From assembly GCF_006345805.1 (NCBI RefSeq), contig NC_042998.1:122760001-122824000 (forward strand): a stretch of DNA of 64,000 nt, in the 5' to 3' direction. The stretch is from Octopus sinensis (taxonomy: Eukaryota). The number at the start of each line of letters is the position of its first letter. Within the stretch, counting starts at the first letter, position 1. Below, in pieces: positions 53,488-64,000 of the stretch. The notes beneath the pieces are model-generated. The model worked only from the letters and a program-made list of their open reading frames with translations, did not search any database and had not been told where the DNA came from. Both the position numbers and the translations under genes were made by a program.

Positions 53488-54229
53488 ACATATGTATGTG
53501 TATGTATGTATGTATATGTATATATAAATGGGGTTGGGCATAAATGTGTGTGCGTGCGTGCGTGCGTGTATGATTGTCTGATTGTCTTATCGAAATCTAT
53601 GCCCCAAATTTTAGCTTTTCTTTTTAGTAATGATTTTTTCCATCTATTTTGTATCTGACCTCTTTGCAATAATAAATTTCCATCACTGTTTCAAGGCTTT
53701 CGTAGATACATTCTGGAGAAATTGTTGTGATTGCAGTTATTATTCTATTTCATTGTAGGAAATTATCATGGCAACAGACGTGTGTCCTTCTATCATTGGT
53801 TTCTAAGTGACATTTCTGACCATCGACCTTATATATTTTTTAACATCCTGTCTGTATTGACTGAAATTACCTTTGTAACTAAGTAGTAAGCAATCGGCTT
53901 TCAGTTTTATGTTGTATTTCTCTATTTATAAGGCTTCAATAACCACTCTTCTATATGTTTTTGTTTGTAATATGTATGTATATATATATATATATATAAA
54001 CCAATTCTGTTATCAACAAGAAGTTTCTATTATGTTTGTTGTTGTTTAGTTATTGATTAGTCCTTGCTCAGCTCTGATAAATAAGATCGATGATCAAATG
54101 CATTCCAGCCCTGAACATCACATGATATATTCAAGAATTGTGTAAGAATCATCAACTTTTCCCTTACTTAATTGCACGTAATTTTTTCTGTCCTTTTGTT
54201 GACTTAACGTATGAAGATCAGGCGGAGCT

Positions 54230-56200
54230 TTTTTCGGCCTTCTCTACTGATTATTCTTACAAGCTTGGAGTCATCTGGGAATATTTTTTATTTTGCTGAG
54301 CTTGAGTGGATGCCATCAATTAAATGGTAGGTTCTCTTCACTAGGAAATACTCAATCCAGTGCGGTAGTATATAACAGCTTTCAGTATTGGACAATTTTA
54401 AGGATATTGCGGTCGATTGTGTTGACGGTTTTGGTGAAGTCAAAATACATATTACCAGTGTTCCAGCACAATCCTAAAACGCTACGTACATAATCTAAGT
54501 AATGTTAAAGCTGTGTTAATCTGCCTATCTCTGTCGCAGGAAAGATATGCTGGTTGGAATTTCGGAGACTGTTACCCTCCAGGAAGCCAGATCTTCTTGA
54601 ACCCACCACAAGTTCAAACATTTTAATTCTATGGGAGATGAGTAAGATTGGACGATGAGTTAGTAGCAAGTTACCTGTTACATTTATAATGACTATATGA
54701 TTGGCAGCATGAGATATAAAATGTTTGGGAATATAGCCCAAATCTCAAGATTTTCTCCAAGGGACACAAGTTGGAATCTGCATCCCTTTAGGTCACTACT
54801 AGTATATTAACTGGGAAGCTTTTATTGGGTCTTTGATCTACCTCATAATTGTTTTATCCTCTCATGCGAGTAGACTTTCATTTGTACTGGTGAGTCTCCT
54901 TGAGGCGTGTTTTGATCATGTATAGGTGAGAACGTCCTCAAATTTTCGAGCCAGAGTGTTTGTTAGTATTAGGTCTTATTGGATCAAGTATATGTTGAAA
55001 TGGGAAAGATTTATCCATGAAGTGAAATAATTATGTTGCTGCTTTGATTGGTGCTGATTTGCAGTTACTTAGTTTCTGGGCATTTGTAGGCCAGTTCACA
55101 TGAGGAAGGTTAAAATCGCCCATTAGCAATGTTCCAAGAGTTGCGCTGCTGGAGAAACTACTTTGTTGAGGTATTCTTCAAAGCACTGTTGTAATGCCTG
55201 AGAAGGCCTATAGCGACCAACACTGGCTATGTCTCTATATGACTTTGTTATATAGTGACACAGATTTACTGTAGCCATTAGAAAATATGCCCTTGGCAGC
55301 CATGGCTGTTTCTACTTTATCTTCATTCCAGACAGTGCGATGATGGTGAAAACTTTGATTTCTGTTTGGTGTCCATATCAGAGCTGTTTGAGTTGAGTTT
55401 CTGTTACGATGAAGAAAGAAGTACAGTGTGTTATTTCAGGAAGACAATTCTCGATTTTTGAGTATAGTGTGATGGGATGATGCCTCGTACATTTAATGAG
55501 AATGTCAAAACAAAGGGTGACTAAAAGCGTTGGTTTATGTATTTTATTGTTCAATAGCAACACTGGGGACAATTTGTGTACAGAGTTGATTGTGGGAAGT
55601 GATGCTTTAGTTCAAGAAGGATGTTTCTTCCAAGACATACGCTGCTGATAGACTGTTGAATTTGAAGGCTTAAGCGAGCATCCATATTTTCCAGCGAAGT
55701 CAGTAAATAGAGAATTATTTATTTGGTTAGCCTTTAGTGCAAGTCCTATATTGTGCTTATTTTGTTTAGAGTTAAAGTTTTGTTATAGTTTCTTTTACTA
55801 GATTATATTCATTAGTGGTCAGCGGTAAGAGGTGGTGAGGTGTTCGTGGCTGCATTGTTTTCGTTACATTTCGGTATTGCTGTTACTTGTCATTCGTTGT
55901 GTACCTTTTGGATGGTGGTAGTTGCATTCCATGTTGAGGCATATTCTTAGTGACAGAGAATTCACACCCGTTGCATTTTCTGTACCCGTATTTGGGGTCG
56001 GGCCATGGAATCTGTAATGAAGGCAGTGAGGGTGGGGACGGTTTTTCCCGTTAACCTTTTATAAGTTTACAGCATAAGAAGGATGAGAGAAAGGACAGTG
56101 ACCTTTATTGTTGCAGACGATGGCTTCAATTTTACAGATGCTTGAGAGTGATATCGGAAAGGTTTTTCAAGTAGAAGACATTGTGCTTTTATTTCAGCAT
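54230..56200 (-). pseudogene. Decayed CR1-like LINE (ORF1 zinc-finger remnant, APE endonuclease, RT)
   Basis: - strand: CNYHHPKGT (~55900), FIVTETQL (~55400), LLMGDFNLPHVNWP (~55110), HRPILLISHRIKMFE, NQH.F, MYFDFTK (~54440). Confidence 0.75.
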
Positions 56201-56249
56201 GTTAGATGCAAAGAAAATCGTTGGTCAATGTTGTTGATGTTGAAGTAAT

Positions 56250-56289
56250 AATAGCAGTATTAGCAGCAGTAGCAAATGCAGGAGCAGTG

Positions 56290-56320
<31 letters not shown>

Positions 56321-56380
56321 CACAGCAGCAGCAGCATCAGCAGCAGCATCAGCAGCAGCATCAGCAGCAACAGCAGGAGC

Positions 56381-56440
<60 letters not shown>
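56250..56440. repeat. (GTA)n/(CAG)n trinucleotide repeats
   Basis: Direct reading. Confidence 0.9.
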
Positions 56441-56442
<2 letters not shown>

Positions 56443-57006
56443 GTTATCTGCAACTAAACAGGCCTATGATCAAGATGATTATTGCAGCAGTGATCATCCC
56501 ATCTGTTTTCGTGACAGTCTATCCAATGTGTTCTCTCTTAATAAACACTAGCGAGAGAGGAAGAAATTAAGCATTTTTTTCAAACTGTTTTAGTGATACG
56601 TGCAGTCTCTCTTGCTCTCTGCATCAGAATTTCATAGAGATACAGTTCCAGTTGTCCGCCACGTCGTAGAACTTTGAATAAATCAATAACACCTAATTCA
56701 GCGATGTACGCAATTTCATCACAGATGGTTCGATTAGAACCAGAAAGTATAATTCAGAGTTAACTACTGCTTCTACTTCTGTGATGGTGTTGCTTCTACA
56801 TCTGTGACGATATTGCTCCTACGTATACGCGTATCGTAGACTATATTCTCTAAAGAGAGGAAGTTGATAACTCACTAATGTCCCCACTTAGCTGCATTCT
56901 CACTTAGTCTTTTTAACCACTACTGCTTTTATAGTTACCTCCATCCGCTAGAGTTAACTAATTTCAAGACAACTCCAAATAAACATGATCTCAGAATATA
57001 TATTGT

Positions 57007-57286
57007 TCCTTCTCGAGCCACGGTTCCCCGGTTTCCTTGGCGTATAGGATTCCCCACCTGGACGGGACGCCGGTCCGTCGCAGATGAGCTGCAAGATGTA
57101 GGAGGAAAGAGTGAGAAAAAGTTGTGGTGAAAGAGTCAGCAGAAGTTCGCCATTATCTTCTGCCGGAGCCGCGTGGAGCTTAGGTGTTTCGCTCATAAAC
57201 ACACACATCACCCAGTCTGAGATTCGAATCCGCGATCCCTCGACCGCGAGTCCGCTGCTCTAACCAGTAGGCCATGTACCCCCACT
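57007..57286 (-). mobile_element. tRNA-derived SINE (third family) with 12-bp target-site duplication
   Basis: - strand tggcctactggttagagc (A box) and ggattcgaatctc (B box). Flanked by aatatatattgt at 56995-57006 and 57287-57298. Confidence 0.9.
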
Positions 57287-59530
57287 AATATATATTGTAT
57301 CCATACAAAGCCCTATACTAATTACTCCATCCCATATTTCTTCCCCAGACCATCAACCCTTTGAAATTCTCTTCCTATTCATGTTGTTATTTAACCCCAG
57401 ATTAATCCTGAGTGATCAGATCAATAATCAAAGTCATCATAGCCATGGCTATCCTGTCTGTGTTTAAGGTACAATTTATCCAAAGCTAAAGATTTTTGGA
57501 TACTTATGTTTCTTATTTTATAACAATAGTGATGAAAAAGATTAGGCTGCTATTTCTCGTAGCAGCCAAATCCTCGTGCAGCTGTCAACTTTCAACTGTT
57601 CAAGGAGCACATTCACCGTATCAATTTTACATGTCTAGGAGATCCTACGAAACCTCAATCAAATCATTGAAAATATCCACTCTGTTCTTTTCTTTTGATG
57701 TTTGCCGTATAAATCGCAACCATGGCTAATATACTACAGCAAAATTACTTTTGCCAAGGAGACTTTTTCCTTGGTTAAATACATGCAGGTGAAGATTTTC
57801 AAAATTATTTATTACGCCAGACAGTTTAATGCCTAACTTTAAATACAAATAAACTTACTGGTGATATTTTAATTTGAAATAGTTTTATATCTCTTTGGAG
57901 TCTTAATAATTGTAATAGTTAAGTAGATGTCTCAATGTTTCGGAAAAAGAACAAGGTTTAAATTATTGTTAGTTCTATAATTTCAGAAAGAAATATAATC
58001 TATTTGCAATAATTAAAATGTTTACCAGTAATGAATGATTACAAGGAAATCAACACTGAAGAGTCTACACTAAGTTGATTTACTTTTAATTAGGTATGTT
58101 AAATATGCAATTAATACATTAAGTGAAGGATTATGGACCGATCTTTTTCATCTAAGATTATAACCTCATTCATGACATATTGACAACAAAATTATTAAAC
58201 CGCAGAGATAAAATTCGCCACTATCATAATTATCAAATATCTTTAGTGAAGTATAGGGTCAGCAGAATGTTCAACTCTCTCTCTCTCTCTCTCTCTCTCA
58301 CAGACACACACACGCACTCCCTCCATACACTCATATATGTATATATGCGAGTGAGCATGTGTGTATTAGAAGATTGAAATAAAAAGAGAATCGAAATTAA
58401 ACTGAGACTAACTGTAAGATATTGCGAAAACACGAATATGAAATATTTTCTACTGTACAACAAACTGCAAGCCAGTACGACTGCCAGTTAATGAACCACA
58501 TATGACTAATGTAATTCCTATAATTGAGATGTAAACATGGCAAATGTAAACTATTTGACTGACCTTAACTGCCACATTAAACACACAATTGGTACACTTT
58601 CTAGGTGACTGACCATGCAACTACAAGGAACATTTGTAATACCATAAAATACATAACGCAAAATTATACGAGAAACGATCGAACGAAGCAAATTGTATGT
58701 AGTCGCTAGACCTGCTAAAACAAATATCAATTACTAAAGAACACATTTTATAGACAGGGAAGTAGTAAATCGACATGGCGTAAGGCTTTCAAACAAACGC
58801 AGTTTACTGATACGACGCCAGTAGGATGTTCAATTAATGTTTGGTTATACTTAGTGAGCTGTTTGTTGAAAAATTGGTTTATCTGCCTTTATTTGGCTAT
58901 AATTATGTAACGAGCCTGCTTAGTAACATCACCACCCAGACGCTCAAAACAGTTCAAAGATATAAAAAGAAAATATATATTCGCGGTCAAGATTCAAGAA
59001 TTTTTTACACGAAAAGTACAATATCATTTATTTGTTTATTTACATATTTATTTGCTTATTCAGTTATGTTACTTGATATCTGTTTAGAAATGTGCTCTTT
59101 ATATGACTATCAATTTTGATTTAAAATGTATAATTAAAAAAAGGAAGTAAAATCTATCATGTCAATTTCAAACTGAATAATAAAGCTTCAATATGAAGAT
59201 TTATGATTTTTCTTACGCCGGAAAAAAAATTGTGGACATTAATAAAATAACTTTTAATTCGCATTTACAGAAGATGAAAAAAAGGACATAAACCACAGTG
59301 ACAACAATTTCCCTTCTTAATTGTAGGTAGTTAAATTTGTATTTTATTTGCGTGTGTGCGTAAATATATATCTGTGTGTGTAGATTACATACACAAGCAT
59401 ACACACACAAATAAACACACACAGGCGCGCACAGACATATATTTATAAATATATACATATACGTGCATATATAAATATTTATATACACATACATACACGC
59501 ACACACACACGCACATATACATACATACAT

Positions 59531-59621
<91 letters not shown>

Positions 59622-60134
59622 TAAGAGAGAAAGAGAGAAAGAGAGAGGGAGAGAATTAGAGCCGTACATAAATGTGTGTAGGTATATGTGTATAACAAGA
59701 TGTGCATAAATATGTGTGTAGTCATATATTAACGGCTGTTTGAATAAATCAAAGACTTGTCTTAGTCGCAATAAAATATTAGCTAGGATGACCAAGATAT
59801 AATTGCTATAAACTTATTAGCACAGAAAAATAAATTACTAATTCCCGGTCTAATGTGGTAGAAAATGACTTGTTTATGGTAAAGGGATTCCGCTTCATTT
59901 ATCATTATCGTATTTTCTTAAATAAGAGAAAATTTATTTCGTATTTCCATCTTAACAGAAAAATAATCTTCACTATTGCTGCCTTTCTCAGTGTTCTTTC
60001 ATCATGAGAAGATATTGAGAAATTTGCAGCGTCATCTACCAATGATGTTTACTGTTTACTACATAAGTCATGTAATATTTTACTTTTTAATATTTATATA
60101 TCGGCTAGTCGCTGCGTATATGGTTTCTAGCAGT

Positions 60135-60590
60135 TAACTATCATCCAGTCTCATTTGTCTCACATATCATCAAAGTGTTTCGAATGGTGTGGAAACCAAT
60201 GATAACTGGATTTTTGGAGAGTCACAATCTTCTAAATGTCAATCAGCATGGCATTCGCTGAGACGGGGGTGACTTCCTAACACAACATTTGCATCCTATT
60301 GAAAATCTCCTTAAGATTTTGGAAACAGAATTGAATTCTGATGTTATATATCTTGACTTCAGCAAAGCCCTCGACAGAGTCGACTACAACATCCACTTGT
60401 TAAAATTGTCTTATACAGGATTCCGTGTAAAACCGCAGTTGTACAGAGTATTTACTGGCGAAGACAGCCCACTAATGTGATCAATGGAATCCACTCAAAC
60501 CCGGCAAATGTCACCGTCGGTGCTCCCTCTACGGATTGTTTAGTGTCCACTTCTAATACTTTATGTAAACGACATCTGAAGCGTCATCAA
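60135..60590 (+). pseudogene. CR1-like reverse transcriptase fragment
   Basis: YHPVSFVSHIIKVF, NQHG, DVIYLDFSKALDRVD, LYVNDI; frameshifted. Confidence 0.85.
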
Positions 60591-63576
60591 GCACGTATCT
60601 AAGTTTTAACCAAGTTTTATATTAAAAAACACCGTATATCTTAAACTGTTAGGATCATGGTGTATATTGTTTAAAGGAACATTTAGCTTGTTTAGTATGA
60701 AATTATATTCCCGAAATGTTTAGAGGCAAACCATGATATAACTGCTTTCTATACTTATACATACATACATACATACATACATACATACAAACTTAAATAT
60801 ACAAATGAATTGAGACGTACACATACACGCACATATTTAAAGTTGTATATATATATGTGCTTATATAAAAATTGACATCTTGTATAGTCAGTACTAGCGC
60901 TTATTTGACACTTACCTTTTCCCACATTTAGTAATTATTTATAGCATTTCTATATTTCATAATATTTTAATCTGCTGTTATCTATAAGACTGGTTGATAA
61001 AAGTGCTAATTATAATTTTTACCTTTTCAGAGACCGTTTAAATCTGCTTCCATTTCAAAAGGTACAGTGATGTAGCGACAACATGTAAACACATAGGAAC
61101 TCATACAAACAAGGACACGCGAATATATATGCATATAATCGCATACATATATTTAATAAGCTTCGTACAACTTTGTTTCATTTTCACCATCTATTACGTG
61201 AATCATCTGCACAATAATATATATAGATATATCTCCATGCTAAACAGACTCTGCTCTTTAGCTCAAGAATGTGGAAGCCACTATTTTCCTTCGCTAAAAC
61301 CTTGTGATACTAAAAATTCATATGTAAGCTAAAAGATAAGTAAGGTAGTTTTATTCTTCAGTTAATGTGATACGACACACCATAAATATGAAGTACATAT
61401 CAAGTTTGAATTTGAGTGATTGTCTTCAAGTAACAAGCTCAAAGTTTTTAATCTATATGAAATTCTCCATTTGAGATGTATACGTTCATGGCTGTAGAAG
61501 AATTCCAACTAGAATTAAAATGGCTGCTGCTAGAATTATTTCTTAATGGTTCCTTTTCTTTCTGCTCAGCCTATGTGCTTTTAGCTGATCTAATTATCTT
61601 ACCCACGAATTGAAAACAAACATCGAAATTAAAATGTATGCGTCTGTAGAAGCTAATAAAAATTCAAATGAAATAGACAAAGACACCCCACACTTATAAA
61701 TGTGCCTATAAAAATATATTACATACTTCTTGACGTATAAAAGAAAATATTCATGGCAGTGTTATAAAAGGGAGTATAGCTGCAGCAGCATAAGAGACAG
61801 GTTATCACTTATACTTTTATTGAGCCATTAACCCATGTGACCTTATAATGCATAATACTTCCTAATATTGCAAGTATTCTGGAATGTATGCAAAAATAGA
61901 AGTTGCCAGATCCATAATAACTTTTATATTTATCGCCCTTCCAAGACCTTTCAAGACCCTTTTAAGAATTGTGCATACAAAGAGGAGATTATGTTGGATA
62001 TTTAGAAATAACGTGGCGAAGATGCCCAAATAAACATAAACATTTAATCTAGAAACACAAACACTTTAACTGAATTCTTTTCACAATAACGCAAAAAAAA
62101 AACTGCAGTTAATATATAGATATGTAAAACCACAAATATAACTTGCAATTAATGAGAAATCAAATCTTTTATAAACTATACAAATAATCAAGTTTAGAAA
62201 TTAATTAGCACTTTTAAAACTTTAGAAATACTCGGTGAGTCCTTTTAGATATACTTGCACAAATTAGTTACACTTAATAAAGAAATATATTTTAATGAAC
62301 TACGAAAGTAACAACATTAGGTAAATCAAACACCCACTCCCATAATTTATTTAACATAGCAAATGTGTAGAATACAACTATAATAATTTCACATCAATAC
62401 AAGGCTATTCGAAATATAAATCATTCATAACATTGACCAATAGGAGTGAGCAAACAGAGAGCCTCTCCTATGTAGTCAGTCCACCGGCTAAAAATTAACC
62501 AAGCCTTCTTCACGTAGTACCACGCTATTTTCCAAGCACAAACTAATAAAATCAATAAAATTAAAAAATAAACTCTGAGAGTTACGTTATCGTAGACATG
62601 GAAAAATCCATGGGATGGTTATAGCTGGAATACCTTTGATCATAGGTATGATTGATCATGGTCGACTTATAACTAAACAACGACCAAGACAACAACAACA
62701 ACAACAACAAAGATTAACTTCTGAAGGTAATCCGTCATTTAGTTACATTCTTTTGCTCATCTTACGAAGTAAACTGTAGGGAGAAGTCACTTAGCTAGTG
62801 TTCCTTAGTATTTTCATACAGTTATTTACTTTCACACTAACTTTCACAGAAGAACGAAGTAGCTGTACACATTATGGAAACGCTCTAGTATCAACCCAGG
62901 AGGCACGTATGACACCCTGGTAACACGAAAAATTTACACGCATTTTATAGCTTACACCAGTGAATAAATTCTGGTATATTATTTCTATATTGACAAACGG
63001 CGGTCCTGTATTTCTGTGAATAAAATAATAGTTTCACATAAGTGCGCGTCTATTAACGTTAATGTTTACTGTTCTTATAACTGTTCCTTATTTTTTCTGT
63101 CTTGCTGTTGGTTTTGCTTTGTTGTTGCTGATAGTAGTCACGTTGCCGTCACAACTCTTTTGGCTGCAGGCGGCATTTGTAGTTCAGGTATTGTTGTTGT
63201 TGATGATGGTGATAGAGTATCCTGGTAGTGGGGTGGTGATGATTGTCATTAAACCTGTCCTTGTTGTTATAATTAATGTTGGCGCCGAAAAAACCTTTCA
63301 CTTCTACTGCTTGGCAGGACAGATGTTGAAAAGGGCAGCGATGGTGGTCTCATTGACATATCGCTCACGTCGTTTAAACACTCCTCTCTCCATCTTTTCT
63401 CACTTTCTCACTATTCCAAAATGTATTCAATTCTGAATTTGCTACCTGCATCTGTTATTCTTTCCTGGGAGCTTTTACTGTGCTTTCCCAGGTTACAATA
63501 AATAAATAAATAAATAACAATAATTTTAGCAAACTTTGTGGAAGGATGAGACAACATGGCTCGCAGACTTCATGAA

Positions 63577-63643
63577 ACAACAGCAGCAACAACAACAGCA
63601 ACAGCAACAACAAGAACAACAGCAACAACAACAACAACAACAA
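63577..63643. repeat. (CAA/CAG)n repeat
   Basis: Direct reading. Confidence 0.85.
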
Positions 63644-64000
63644 TGATAATATTGAAAATGATGGTTGTGATGATAAATTAATTTGCTACCGGTACCATTT
63701 GTACGTACAATGAACGAATTTCAAGAGTATTACAAAACATATAAAACAATTTGTCTCCATCCTTTACATGGATGGAGACAAAATTATGTATATAAGACAA
63801 TGTAATTTTTTTAAAAGTCAAACACAGTAATTTCACAAAATAAATAAATATATAAAACACTGGTATAATTTTTTAAAAATTACATCATATAAAGAAAATA
63901 TGGTAGACAGCTGGTGCGCGCGAGAAGAACCTCTACCTTTGCTCCTACAGTCCAGATCATATCCCACGACAATCATTCAAATTGACCTGAGTTCTACGAA

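Noticed and set aside
63016-63643. Hydrophobic and poly-Leu ORFs
   Set aside because: They derive from (GTT/GAT)n and (CAA)n low-complexity sequence

Overview
AT-rich, microsatellite-dense eukaryotic DNA. The SINE, Penelope and Helitron families and (TA)n/(TCTA)n/(TATG)n content suggest a coleoid cephalopod such as Octopus (inference). I recognise no intact host protein-coding gene, and most supplied ORFs are microsatellite artefacts. The window is a mosaic of decayed transposons: Penelope-like elements with GIY-YIG remnants, Tigger/pogo, mariner, piggyBac, Helitron-type elements, R4/Dong-like and CR1-like LINEs, and tRNA-derived SINEs. Two signals stand out. (1) About nine hammerhead-ribozyme motifs sit in Penelope-like termini. 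Four look intact and have long helix-II extensions, and two of these lie in a near-perfect 524-bp inverted repeat. (2) A dispersed 28S rDNA fragment starts exactly at the R2 retrotransposon target site and is preceded by an R2-like ORF end and 3' UTR. Coordinates of decayed elements are approximate and read by eye.
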